In this document: positions 1-12,030 of the stretch, in pieces
Numbering within the stretch: the stretch's first letter is position 1
Layout: each line of letters begins with the position of its first letter
Origin: Oopsacas minuta
Taxonomy: Eukaryota; Animalia; Porifera
Assembly (NCBI GenBank): GCA_024704765.1
Contig: JAKMXF010000044.1
Coordinates: 806,001-870,000 of the forward strand
Direction of reading: 5' to 3'
Length of the DNA: 64,000 nucleotides
Position numbers and translations under genes: made by a program
The notes under the pieces: model-generated
The model's input: only the letters and a program-made list of their open reading frames with translations
What the model was told of the DNA's origin: nothing
Databases searched by the model: none

Positions 1-1382
1 TTCCCACCATCACCTCCCTTACCACCCCTGCCTCCCTTCCCTCCAGACGCGTTTATGTACAGAATACTCTGAGTACTGCCTTTCCCTATGTCCAGCTGCT
101 CCATAATACCCCCAGACAATAACAGGCGATCTGAGTTACCGGATAAGTTGAAGTAGAAATTTCTACCAGGTGTACCGTCAGAACCAGATAATCCATCTGT
201 CCCGTGAGAACCAAACTTCCCCTCTTGTCCCTGGTGTCCTGGGCCCCCATAGAATCTCCCATCTGCTCCGCGGCACCCGTAAAATCCCATCGGAGAAGAG
301 ATCCCGTGTATTCCATGCTCCCCACACCGCCCGCACAGGTGTATCTCGTACCCAGAATAACTGGTCCATCTCTGAAGTGCTAGGGTTGCCATCCTCTCTA
401 CCTGGCAGTATGTGGGTGCTACGTCATCAAATGAGAGGGAAGAGATGTTGATTACTGGTGGCATATCCCTAGGTCTTAATATCTGATAAGGAAGAGGAGA
501 ATTAGATTTGTTATCTAGAATTCTGGGATCATCAATGTAGAATTTATTCGTTTTGTGGTTGAGGTAGAACAATGAGTTGTCTGTTGGATCAAACAATTCT
601 TGTACATCATCATTTAATCCCACTTCAATTCCGTAACCCAAACTTATCGGATAGCTCATAGGGTTACCGTAGGGAGGGAGGAATACGTCATGAGTGCTCT
701 TGATTAAAGGTGTCTCCACGTTTCTAGGGAGAGGAGGGGCTGTGGGAATAGGGGCAGTCAGGTAGGTGTTGATATCTTCAGGTCTGTAGTAAGCCATTGG
801 AAAACGTTTGACTGCTTCAATGTAAGTGGGAGGAGGAGTAGAGGGATGAGATTTGCGTCGCTTTATCGGAGTAGAATCGTCTCGAGTTTGGCTGACCCTT
901 TTTAAGGTTTCTTTATGATCATAAGGTATCTCAAGGGTGATTACTTGCCAGGTAGCATGAGTATTATTTTTGTTCGAAACTTGACGATCTTCTTTATTAA
1001 ACAGATTATTTCCTTCATCCTTTAAACTGGCGAGTAATCTATGTAGTTGTACAATAGATTCACATTGTAATGGTCCCATATTCATAGAGCCTGAGATCCT
1101 AAATTTGGAGAGGGTAGAAAGATCATTTGAGGTAAACAAATAAGGAAATAAGAAAATCTCCCTCGGATAAGAGTTGAGTGAGAAAGTAATCTGATCATTC
1201 TGTTTCTTCTTAGACTTAACATTTGTTACTATCGATAATAGAGTCTCATCTTCATTGCATAGTATTTCGATTGTAGAATAAACAAACTTGTTAAATAAGC
1301 CAACTCTAGTTTCGTACTTTACTTCAAATTTAGCAGGATGTATCAGGTGAGGAGACAGCTCTCCTGGTTGAGCTCTAGCCAT
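1..1382 (-). CDS. Partial intronless ORF (about 460 aa, runs off the left edge): PPxY motif, degenerate WW-like segment, Gly-X-Y collagen-like run and GGxGG repeats
   Basis: Hand translation from ATG at 1382 is stop-free to base 3 (MARAQPGELSPH...PPPTY...QELFDPTDNSLFYLNHKTNKFYIDDPR...GHQGQEGKFGSHGTDGLSGSDGTPGR...SGGKGGRGGKGGDGG). Absent from the ORF track, presumably because no stop lies in the window. Confidence 0.8.
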   Translation of the reverse strand, partial: MARAQPGELSPHLIHPAKFEVKYETRVGLFNKFVYSTIEILCNEDETLLSIVTNVKSKKKQNDQITFSLNSYPREIFLFPYLFTSNDLSTLSKFRISGSMNMGPLQCESIVQLHRLLASLKDEGNNLFNKEDRQVSNKNNTHATWQVITLEIPYDHKETLKRVSQTRDDSTPIKRRKSHPSTPPPTYIEAVKRFPMAYYRPEDINTYLTAPIPTAPPLPRNVETPLIKSTHDVFLPPYGNPMSYPISLGYGIEVGLNDDVQELFDPTDNSLFYLNHKTNKFYIDDPRILDNKSNSPLPYQILRPRDMPPVINISSLSFDDVAPTYCQVERMATLALQRWTSYSGYEIHLCGRCGEHGIHGISSPMGFYGCRGADGRFYGGPGHQGQEGKFGSHGTDGLSGSDGTPGRNFYFNLSGNSDRLLLSGGIMEQLDIGKGSTQSILYINASGGKGGRGGKGGDGG

Positions 1383-1873
1383 TAATGGAAGATAACGCTA
1401 ACATAATTACAATAAATTAGTGAATATGTTATTCTCGGAAAGGATGACATAGTTGGAATTGGGTCCACTTTTCAGACCCGAACCCACTTCCCAACTCTGA
1501 ATGAGCAACAACTTGAATCCTATAACATGACTAAATCTGTACAAAATAGATTGATATGACGTTGCTAGGATATAGTTATAGACTCATAGCCATACCTAGG
1601 TCACCCTAACGTCTTAAGGAACTAGTGGTATCAGCCAGTCTGCTTTATTAAATGTTGTGATATATGTCAACCTTGTAACGGTTGTCGTGCAGTTGCCTCA
1701 CATTTTGAAGCGACCTAGCTAAGAATCGTGCTACTTTTGAATAGATAAAGAAGCAGAGCTCGATATAGCATTTGGATGATTGAACTTACTCAGAATAAAT
1801 AATTTAGTAATCACGAGGATTAGATAGCATGCGATAAGAAGTCAAGTGATAGCTAAATGGATAGGAATAGATC

Positions 1874-2692
1874 TTATATTTGAAGGTTGGGTGTGTCAAA
1901 ATAAACTGTCCATGTAACTTGTTTCAATCTTAAGTTTTCACCAGCCTGAGCTAATTGCGACAATTGTCTGCTTCTCTCAGTAACCTTAGGACAACCATGG
2001 ATAACCAATATCTTCAATTTAGTACACCTACTAAGCAACTCCTTAATTCCTACATCAGTTATCTGAGTACAATGACAAAGATTAAGTTCTGAGATTATTC
2101 GATAAGAAGATGATTGGCTCAGAGCTATAAGACCCTCGTCTGTTATCCCTGGTATCTTAGATATATTCAAACAAAAGAGTCCTGAACAGACACACAAAGC
2201 GATCAGACCGTCGTTAGTAACCAGTGTACATGATGATACGTTTATAACCTTCACATGTAGACAATTAGCTGCTATACAATGCAGCACTTGGTCATCTACG
2301 AATTGGCAAGCTCTTAACTGAATTTCAGTGAGATTACTCCAGTGGGGAATGAGAGCAAGGAATGCACTAGTTGTGATATTCTGCTCGGCAGGAGGAAGCA
2401 AGGAAGAGCGGGTATTATTATTCATATGTAACTCTCTTAAATTATTGCATTCAGCTAGACAAGCTATATAGCTGTCATCTGATAGAAGACATTCAGATAG
2501 ATCTAGCTCTCTAAGTCTGGGGGTTATGAGCTGGGTTAACATTTTCTCAGTGAGAATACCTCTCCTGCTGGTTCTGTCTAGCAAGACAATACGTATATTA
2601 TGAGGTAGTCTCTTTAGCACTCTCAGCTCTGTGAGATAGTCGATCTGTTTAATCAGTTCATGTATACACAAGTCTTGTAGCGAATAAAACAT
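1874..2692 (-). CDS. AMN1: AMN1 homolog, leucine-rich-repeat (LRR_CC-type) protein
   Basis: 272 aa; N-terminal SLQDLC, Cys-containing LRRs and C-terminal HGCPKVT...LKQVTWTVY match my recall of animal AMN1. Confidence 0.85.
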   Translation of the reverse strand: MFYSLQDLCIHELIKQIDYLTELRVLKRLPHNIRIVLLDRTSRRGILTEKMLTQLITPRLRELDLSECLLSDDSYIACLAECNNLRELHMNNNTRSSLLPPAEQNITTSAFLALIPHWSNLTEIQLRACQFVDDQVLHCIAANCLHVKVINVSSCTLVTNDGLIALCVCSGLFCLNISKIPGITDEGLIALSQSSSYRIISELNLCHCTQITDVGIKELLSRCTKLKILVIHGCPKVTERSRQLSQLAQAGENLRLKQVTWTVYFDTPNLQI

Positions 2693-3087
2693 TGTAGAAT
2701 TTGAAAATACACTACAATGAGAAGATGGCTACCTTATAACAATACGCATTGAGTGTCCAACTTAATACATTGGAGTACAATAGCCGATGAACTAATAGAA
2801 TTTACTTAAACCATTGCCTAATATTTACAAGCTATATGAGTTGCTAATTAAATAATTAATATTTTAGACAAAAACATTAATTCAAATCCCAAATATGACA
2901 ATAATATAACTTGATGACCTCAACCTAATTCTCGAAATCTTAAGAAATAAATACGATTAATTAAATGGGAATAGTAAGGATTCGCGAACTTTCCATATGA
3001 AAGTGAATGATAGAAAACTAGAAAATTACAAACACATACTATAGTCGCATATAAAGTGATCTCATAAGCTATATGGTAGAATACCTG

Positions 3088-5106
3088 CTACAGATTCTTC
3101 AATGCTGTTTCAGTTAAGTATTTGTCAAGATTTTCACAATAAACAGAATCTGGAATATATAGAACATCAGTTCCATCATTAATACAAGGACGGCATAGAG
3201 TTTCTCCAATTGTTTTAGAAATATCTTCTTTCAATTCTTGTACCCTCAACCTATCAGGGAAGAATTTAGGGTTCCGTTGATTCAGCCATAAGTACAAATC
3301 ACAAACATCACTAATACGTTCGTACAGTTCAAGAGACTGTGCGTAAGCAGGAGGGGGGCGTGGCCATGAACAAATAAATAACAGATCCTCATACGTCAGA
3401 ACCTTCCCTTCAGCAAACATAGTAAAGATTTGTTCTGCTATATTACACACGAAAGGTTTTTTCAAGTTTACAAAACATTCTAATAAGCTGAGAGAGGTAA
3501 GAGAAGGGAGTCCTATTTTCTTGTAAAGAAAACTCATTTTCTCTAAATCGTGACGAACAAAGAACTCATATCTATAGCTTTTGGATAATCCCATATTCAT
3601 GAACTGGAGTAATTGCACCAAGTCATAGTTAGGCATAATGTAGTCTAATTCCGCCCATATCTGAGGAGGTGGACTAATTATGGCCTTAGCGATATCTGGT
3701 ATCTTTGCATTGAATAGATACTTTAGTAAAGGATAGTGATTGGCATGAAAACAGGTGACCTCTCCTGCAGGATAGAGAGACATGAATCTACCTGCTCTAC
3801 CTGATACCTGCATGACTAGCTCAGGTGTTATCCTTGTCATCTCGTTATGAAGCATTTTATACAAATCGTCAAATATAATTCGTTTAATGTTAAGATTAAC
3901 TCCGAGACCAATAGCATCAGATGCTACAGCTACCTGGTACTCAGAATCTGGATCATTGAATAGTTTAATCTGCTCCAAACGGACACTGGGCGGCAGACCA
4001 CCGTAGATAATGCTACATTTCATATTTGTTTTTTCCTCGATTTTAGCTTTAGTCTGATGCAGCTTCTGTCTGGAGAAGGAGATGATACAGTCTCCTGGTC
4101 TCAACTGTAAGCAGTTGCTGTTGAGGTGAGTAGGGAGGAGAGTGAGTGGAGTCAGACGTTCATAAGAGTGTACTGTAAGCTCCTCTCCCGTACTTTCTAA
4201 CAGGGATTTAACTATGCTTATAGCACTCTCATGACCACAGAGGTGGAGTTCCTCACAACAGAGTCCAAACAATGCTCTAGTCCAGGCACCACCCCTCTGT
4301 ACATCCGCGATCATTTGTATCTCGTCAATAACCGCGACTTCATACATGGCCATATCGGTTGGTACCATTTCGGTAGTACATGATATATGAGCTGACGGCT
4401 TATCTGCATTATTTTTGTATATTTTCTGCTCTCCAGTGAACATGTCACAGTCTATTCCCTCATTATTTGTTCTCACGAATGTCTCGTAAGCTAGAGTCCT
4501 AAGCGGAGCAGCGTATATACCAGATTGTGCCTTCAAATAGCATTGCATTGCGTGGTAGGTCTTGCCACTGTTCGTGGGACCTGTATGCATGTGTATTTTA
4601 CGTTTTACATGACGTGCATCTTGGAAACTTTTCGAATGATAGTTATGTACAAAATCCTGAATAATTGACCGTGTCTTTACTAACGATTCTTTACTGGATC
4701 TATGAGAATATGCAAAGCGTAAGAAAATTGGTAATAGATCAGTTATGTGTTTGTGTTCCTTCTCTATGTCAGAGAGAATTACTCCCATCTCCAAATTAGA
4801 ACACCAATGAGTAGAGTAGTAATCAGCAAAAGAGGTGAGTAGAGGGCTAAGCTCTGCCTCACAAATACCGTTTTGTAGAGCTGCGGTATAAACGTCCTTT
4901 CTGTTAATAAAATCGTTTAATATTTTCATGGGTTTATTAACATATGATGATGCGAACGTGTCAGGATCAATGTGAGGAATAGCAGAGTTATTGGTAAAGT
5001 TTTTGAAATTTCGCAAATCAACAAAAGAATTTTTCAATTCAGAGTTGTAGTAAGTCGCACACCACAAACTGGAATAGTTGAATAGTCGATTTACTGTGAT
5101 TTTCAT
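3088..5106 (-). CDS. SUPV3L1: Mitochondrial SUV3 RNA helicase
   Basis: 672 aa; GPTNSGKT (Walker A), YAAPLRTLAYE, DEIQM, RGGAWTRAL, ASDAIGLGVNLNIKRIIF, QVSGRAGRF. Confidence 0.95.
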   Translation of the reverse strand: MKITVNRLFNYSSLWCATYYNSELKNSFVDLRNFKNFTNNSAIPHIDPDTFASSYVNKPMKILNDFINRKDVYTAALQNGICEAELSPLLTSFADYYSTHWCSNLEMGVILSDIEKEHKHITDLLPIFLRFAYSHRSSKESLVKTRSIIQDFVHNYHSKSFQDARHVKRKIHMHTGPTNSGKTYHAMQCYLKAQSGIYAAPLRTLAYETFVRTNNEGIDCDMFTGEQKIYKNNADKPSAHISCTTEMVPTDMAMYEVAVIDEIQMIADVQRGGAWTRALFGLCCEELHLCGHESAISIVKSLLESTGEELTVHSYERLTPLTLLPTHLNSNCLQLRPGDCIISFSRQKLHQTKAKIEEKTNMKCSIIYGGLPPSVRLEQIKLFNDPDSEYQVAVASDAIGLGVNLNIKRIIFDDLYKMLHNEMTRITPELVMQVSGRAGRFMSLYPAGEVTCFHANHYPLLKYLFNAKIPDIAKAIISPPPQIWAELDYIMPNYDLVQLLQFMNMGLSKSYRYEFFVRHDLEKMSFLYKKIGLPSLTSLSLLECFVNLKKPFVCNIAEQIFTMFAEGKVLTYEDLLFICSWPRPPPAYAQSLELYERISDVCDLYLWLNQRNPKFFPDRLRVQELKEDISKTIGETLCRPCINDGTDVLYIPDSVYCENLDKYLTETALKNL

Positions 5107-5716
5107 GGATAATTCTATCTTGGAATGTTATAGCAAAAGTCAAAATAATTCATTAAAATATTGTCGCCTACAAATAAACAGAATGAAATTAGTAAAGTGT
5201 CAATCAAGCATGAAATTTCCCTGAGTCGAGTGGAGTGTAAGAATTAGAAATAAAAGTCTTCTTTAATAAATTTCGTTTCGAAATAAACATACAAGACATG
5301 AAGAGACATGCACTGTACAGATATGTAGTATTAAATCCAACTGATCACAGGAGAGATGACTCTACCCATTCAAAGTGAATTAACTAGATCACAGCATTGA
5401 CTAGCGATGATAAATTATGTGTTACTGTCAGATACTTGTGGTATAATTGAACTGGTTGATTCATTTTGTTGTGTACCTTCTTCATTAGAAGATTTCTATA
5501 TAAAAAGGATACGTCATAGAAGCAAGTCCATGGCCTACTAAATACACGGCCGTAGATGTCACCGGATTCTCTAAAAATAGAAGGCTGATTTAGTTTTCAA
5601 TTTTAAGACAAAGTAACGATCGTAACAATTGCTAATTATACTTTTTCTAGGAGTTCCGTATATGGGGAATCGATTGAGACTATTTAGCAAGTTCTCACGG
5701 CTATCTTTCACGTGGT

Positions 5717-8700
5717 TTAGGCTGTTTTAAAATTCTGACAGAATTATATATAATTGGACACCGAATTTCGAAATTTTTGAGAATTTGTTGTAAAAATTGT
5801 AACCGTTTTAAGCTTGAGGATAGGTAAAGTTTATATCAATAATTAAATATAACTCTTACATCTTGAGTCTGTATAGCTGGAATATTCTTTGTAGCTATAG
5901 TCCCATTATGAATAAGATAGGAAACAATTTCTTGTTCTTGTAGACCTGAAGCAAACTGAAGAGGCGTCACACCTGCAAAGGTAGGAATATTCACATCAAA
6001 GTCAAATTGCACCAACAGTCTAATTAGGTTGTAATGCTTCCCCTCAATTGCATGATGCAATGCGGTCTTCCCACTCGTTCCATCCTATAATAATATACAT
6101 CTCATAAAAATTCCGAATTAAACTAAAAACTTTGGGAAAATTTATTCCCCAATAACTGATGGAATAACAATAAATTACATAATATCACCCAATTAGATGA
6201 CACAATATTTAGGGTATTTTTACAATTACGACTGATACCAAGTTCGATTGAAAGGTATTTCCAAATTACATCGCTAGTAATAATCATTATTAATAATAAT
6301 TACGTATCCGAAAATGATATACGTATTAGCCTAATAAATATTCAGAATTTCCTAAATTATGAGACAATACTGTGAATGAACCCAGGAATAAGAGTAAAAA
6401 ATATTAGTAAATCATTTTACAGAATATTATCCAATATCCTTAACAGCAATAAACCTACAGTAATCATATTACAGACATTTACTGTAGAGAAAGCACTGTT
6501 TACACACTAAATATCACTTACTCCAATGTTTTTCTGAGCATTATTCTGAACTAGAAGTTTAATGCATTCAATATTGTTGTTTATTGCAGCTAAGTGTAAA
6601 GGAGCAATCCCTAAAGGAAGTAGAATCGTTTATCATATATCCTATAATACAATAGAGCAATGAATATAATATGGCAAATTACATAGGAAATAGAAGTAAG
6701 CAAGTAAGAAAAGTATAAAGTATACGTTTAATTATTTGTTACACTGCAAATTAAAATATTCATGTTTGACGTCGTACATGCTTACACAAAACAGTTCTAC
6801 AAACAAACCATTGAAATTGAGCGCATCGAAGTCTGGTATTGGGCTTTTAGATTCAAATAATGCAGTCATCGTGTGCTGATCTCCCCATTTGCAAGCCAGG
6901 TGGATACAGTTGTCTCCATTTCTGTCACTAACGTTAACATTAGCACCTGCTGCAATTAAGTCACGTATAATTACAGGCTGATTAGTGATAACTGCTACGT
7001 GGAGAGGAGTCTGAATGATAGCAGAGATTAGTTATAGAATAAGTAACATTAATACAAATATCAAACCTGTTTTAGATGATTTTTAATATCCAATTTTAAT
7101 TTCAATAAAATCAAGGTTCTTATGTACTTTTTCACCAGCTCAGACTTCTCACTCGCTATTGCCAGATGCAGATGTCTAGAATTTAATGATATAATCTATT
7201 AAATGTTTGAACTAACTATCAAAGGATTTCTATTATTAAACCTCACGGTATAAGTGCGAGAGCAATCGCTGAGGTGAACGTGAGTAAGACAGGAAATTCA
7301 TTAAATATCAATATATATTACACAGCACTTATTAAAGTCTCTACTTTCTAAGAGTTGTCTAGTGCTCTAATTGTTACGGTATAGGGAATGATTCAATATT
7401 TCGCTCTCCTAACAGTATGCCATTGAATCAGAATACTAGTATATGAAGTTTACATGAGTAGTTACAAATCAAGGTGTAACTAACTTGTATTTACGCATTA
7501 TAATTACTGAAATTACTGGAGTCAGTCACATAAAAAGCGGAATTCCGTACAATAATTTACAAAAGATAAAAATTAGCCAAAAAGTTAAACAATTCGTGAA
7601 ACGTAAAACTAAATTAAAAACTCACGTGTCGCCATCCTCATCTGGAGTAATAATATTCATGGCTGTAGCCTTTTGATAGAGCAACTGGTTTAAACGCAAA
7701 ATCCGATCTAACCCACTTCTAGCAAGTTGATGAGTAAGAGATCTACTCGTGGAAAGGAAATTCAAATTGCTTGGTAATTTACAACATAGTTTACTAATAA
7801 TATAATTAATAGATGTTATAATTATAATAGCTCATTTTACCCAGAGATGAATTCAAACTGCTAATTTAATGTGTCAGGTTAGATCACTGAATCGGTCACA
7901 AAAAATAAACTCGTTTGTAAGGCAAAAAGCTTAATAATTTTCCATTACTTACGTATTAGAGCTTGACGTAGAAGATGGTGTAGAGCTGTTAGAAATACTC
8001 CCACTCTGTATCCCCGAGTCAGTAGAAAAAGTAGAATTAGATGAACTATGCACTGTAGTATTAGATAAGTTTGTTGCTATCTAAAAATATAATGTGTGGA
8101 AAATCACTGGGGTTGAATAATATTACACCATTATATGTGTATAAAACAGGCTTGGGCCGGGTCATGATTTCCTGACCCGGTAGACCAGGTTGAAACCTCT
8201 GACCCGGTGACCCGGTTATGTTAATTGACCAGGTTTTCAAAACAACAATTTTCTATATTCATGCGATTTCATAATGATTAGATTTTACTAAGTTTGAATA
8301 TCCAGGGAGATTTGTAGAAGGGGTTGATAAGTCTGAACAAGGTACAGTGTTTTAAAATTCATGAAAATGAAACGTCTAACTAATATTGACTGAATCTTTA
8401 TGATTTTACAAACCGATATAATTGAATTATCTATAAGGATATAAACCGGGTCAAGTCAAGATCAGTGACCCGGTTCAGACCCGAAATTTATTGAAAATAG
8501 TGACCCAGCCCAAGCCTGGTATAAAATATGCAATAATCATATTGTTTACCCCACTAGAGGAGCTCTGTAGTAAAGGCTTGTGAGATATTTCAGGATCAGG
8601 AAGAGAAGATTTAAGAGATTTAGCAGGTGGCGTAAGACTACCCTCATCGTCATCATCTAATCTTCTTTTTCTTGAATTGACAGCGCGAGATGGTTGAGAG

Positions 8701-9570
8701 TCAATCCCAGTAGCTTCTCTGTTTTGTATACTCACTTTTTCACTCTCATTTGCTAGGAGGGCAGCTATTGAAAAATCCTAGAAAATAATATATAAAATAA
8801 TAATTATGATAAGAACATACGAGATTGTAATATAATACGATACAAAGGAATTGTATTCTCAGCTAGACTGCCCTAAATAAAAAATTAGCTGATTCTGAGC
8901 ATGGAAGTGAAGCCTCTTTCACAGAAACGATGAGCCCTATAATTTAATAAGGAAAATACAACCTTAATAGCGAGATAGTGAACTAGTAAAATGTAAATAT
9001 TTCATTATTCAGCATGCAAGCATTAATTTAAATCAGAAACATATGTAATTGTATATTATCATGCCTTCTTTCTTTTTGAGGCCCGTGTGACCGTCTGAGG
9101 AAGGGGAGATATTTCAGATGTATGGGGGTCATGGACATTGTTTAGGGAATGACAATCTGTAGACAAAGTTGTTCTAGTACTCGTAGGAACAACAGTAGTT
9201 CTGTAAAGAGGATTGGAAAGGGATAGGATGGAAGAGGGGTAAGAGAAGTTCAGCCGCGGAATGAAATAAGAAGTAGGAGTATTTGTTAACTGAGTGGAGA
9301 TCAAGGGTGCTGCCAGGTACTGTAAAGGAAGGAATATATCAATTTGGAGAAAAAAATGAAGTATTTAGGGAACTCACCACATTCTTTGACGGATCCAAGT
9401 AAGGAGGAGAAAGGCTTGAAATAATAGGTCTTGGAAAGAAGGGTGACAAAGGGAAATTGGGGAGAATGCTAAAAGAATGTAAAATGAATGATACCAAACT
9501 TAAATACATAGTATAATAAGTGGAAGTGTAATTCACCTTGCGGAAATTTGAGCCTCAAACGGCAACCTAT
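5717..9570 (-). CDS. Multi-exon IkB/Bcl3-family ankyrin-repeat protein (6 ankyrin repeats); both ends approximate
   Basis: Phase-consistent exons: 8777-8550 (RKRR), 8080-7953 (DSGIQS), about 7795-7626 (PDEDGDT), 7175-7067 (HLHLAI), 7010-6809 (TPLHVAV, GDNCIHLAC), 6610-6522 (IAPLHLAA), 6084-5860 (GKTALHHAI, GVTPLQFAS). Pro/Ser-rich exons lie at 9.07-9.57 kb. Confidence 0.8.
8147..8518. mobile_element. hAT-type MITE (372 bp) in an intron of the IkB-like gene
   Basis: TIRs CAGGCTTGGGCCGGGTCA / TGACCCAGCCCAAGCCTG, perfect 8-bp TSD GTATAAAA, subterminal TGACCCGG repeats. Confidence 0.9.
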
Positions 9571-10878
9571 AATTGTCACTAATATTATCCATTTAAGTAA
9601 CTATATTGTCATGTGGGGATACACAAGGTATTTAAGCTTTCGATGTTAGATTACTAACCACATTTAGTGCTAACTGTTATGTTTATGTCATGGTAAGCAT
9701 GCTATGCTTTACACAAGTTATTGCTATGCAAACAATTAATATATCGATTCTCTTAGTAGTGGACGAAAAGTCGTGAACTGGAGCTAGAATAGCACAAAGG
9801 CTCAAGCACGAAGATGATAAAATTACAGATCAACATTCTTTTCGGAAAGCTAACAACACTCTATAGCTATTGATGGGTGAGCAACGGTAACAAGCAATGT
9901 GCAGAACATCCTCAATGTATTACAGACATTGCAAAATATTTGATCTAACTTAAATTTTCTTAGTGTTCAAAAGATTTAGAGGACTCAAAGATTCATTTCC
10001 AAAATTAGCAATATGGATGGCTTTAAGATGAATCACCTCTTCTCCTAAATCGTTTTGGGGAAATATAATCAGGATACTTCTTTCCAAAGACTGGGTTTCT
10101 AGGAAGGATTAAATAACAAAGTTATTACTCTGCCCAGCGATGTCTTTATTTTCCCCTTTAGATGTCTACTTAATGCAGCCAATAAAGCCCATGCATACCT
10201 TCACAGACAGAATTTCTCGGGCCCCGGGGTAATTACCCCGCCTCTCGACGGCCCTGTATCCAACTATTGCCTATATGTCAACTTGTACACATGTTCATGG
10301 ATCAAACAAAAAGTATAATATAGTAGCTGTAGTAACAGTCAATCTTTGAAATGAATTAATATAAAGTAGTATAATGTATGTTAGGCCTATAATTTATGAT
10401 TAAAATTATGCCAGATTATGATTAATTTATATTTTTTTGAGTGATTATATAATATAACAATAATATTTGCAAATTGGGACGAAAGAAAGTATGTAAAGAA
10501 ATTACATTTCAATTACTTATACTAGTTCGTTTATTCCTGAGAGAGCCCTGACCCACTAAACTGAAGTATAATCGGCACAGTAAAATAATTGAGTCGAAAA
10601 TAAATATAAAAAGCAAAAGCTTGTTCAGTCGTCTCTACATTGTTTGAGGATCGCATAAATGCTACGTACTTGTAAATAAATACAGAGATTAAATTGAAAT
10701 AGTTAGATCAAACTATAACAGTAAATAGACCAGTACACAGAGGTGTCAAGCATGAAATATTTAAAACTAAGTTGTAATTAGTCAGTAGAATTAAAGAATA
10801 ATCCTAAGTAAGTAATCGGGTAGTTTTTGCCGAGAAGAGGGCAAGCAGGATTTGTTTTGAAAATTAGTAATACATTAA

Positions 10879-11808
10879 TTATTTGTCATTTCGCTGGGGG
10901 AACATCTGATCGTCAGACTTTGCACTCTGATCCACTACCCATTGATGAGTTAACGCATTGTCTAAAGGTAGCCGTTTAGTTGGATCTATGACGAGGAGAA
11001 GAGATATGAAATTGCGTGCACCCTCAGAGACATGGGGAGGAAAGTTAAAACTACAGGTGGTTATACGCGTGTATGTACTCTGCTGGTCTTCACTCTCAAA
11101 AGGAGGATAACCACAGAGGAATTCGTAGCAGAGCACCCCAAGACTCCAGAGGTCTACACTCTTGTCGTGTGGTTTAGAGTTTATCATTTCAGGAGGTAGA
11201 TAGTCAAGAGTTCCACAAAGAGTAGTACGGCGAGATGTTGGAGCGTGTACTGACCATCCAAAGTCAGCAATCTTTATATTCCCAAAGAAATCCAGAAGAA
11301 GATTCTCTGGTTTGATATCTCTGTGAATAACTGCCTTGCTGTGACAGTAGTTAAGAGCATCTGCTATTTGCCGGATATACTTTGCACTAATAGGTTCAGA
11401 GAAAGTTCGTTGAGCACGAAGTTGCTTGTATAGCTCACCTCTAGGAGCATACTCAAGTATCAAGTACACTCTTCTGTCGTCATAGAAGTACCCGTATAAA
11501 CGGAGAATGTTAGGATGACGTAGATGTGCCTGAATCTCAACTTCACGTCGCAGCTGGTGTTCTACTCCTCCCTTCTGTAATTGAGATTTGAAGAGTACCT
11601 TCAGGGCGATTATATACTTGCTCTTTTTCTCACGAGCTAGAAACACGTTTCCAAACTTACCTTTCCCAAGTGGCTTCCCGATTTCGAAATCATCGATAGA
11701 CCAATGAGATTTGTTAGTATTGTCAACAGGATGTGATAGATCAGGCTTGGCAGGGTGTGATGAGTCATGACATATTGGTTGTTGGTAGGTAGCATTAGAT
11801 TCAGCCAT
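10879..11808 (-). CDS. AURK: Aurora kinase
   Basis: [68 protein letters not shown]. Confidence 0.97.
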   Translation of the reverse strand: MAESNATYQQPICHDSSHPAKPDLSHPVDNTNKSHWSIDDFEIGKPLGKGKFGNVFLAREKKSKYIIALKVLFKSQLQKGGVEHQLRREVEIQAHLRHPNILRLYGYFYDDRRVYLILEYAPRGELYKQLRAQRTFSEPISAKYIRQIADALNYCHSKAVIHRDIKPENLLLDFFGNIKIADFGWSVHAPTSRRTTLCGTLDYLPPEMINSKPHDKSVDLWSLGVLCYEFLCGYPPFESEDQQSTYTRITTCSFNFPPHVSEGARNFISLLLVIDPTKRLPLDNALTHQWVVDQSAKSDDQMFPQRNDK

Positions 11809-12030
11809 TGCTAATTGAAAGAATTACAATTAGATATAAAATAAAGTGATATAAAAAGAATTGAGGTGTAACAGCTACAAACTCCACTCCAGATTATATT
11901 TCAAATTCAGTATTCAAATTGAAAGTTTCGATTTGTATAAATATATTTAATAATGGTTAGAGATAGAGTTCAGTGCAGTGTGTAATAATAAGTCAATGGT
12001 AACCAAATTTTTCGATACATACGTGGTTAA

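Noticed and set aside
10200-10260. Isolated GC-rich CAG(G/T)GGCG-type ends here and near 15790, 17020, 23240, 29095, 39425 and 50150-50450
   Set aside because: Probably truncated hAT-like termini, but paired TIRs and TSDs could not be defined.
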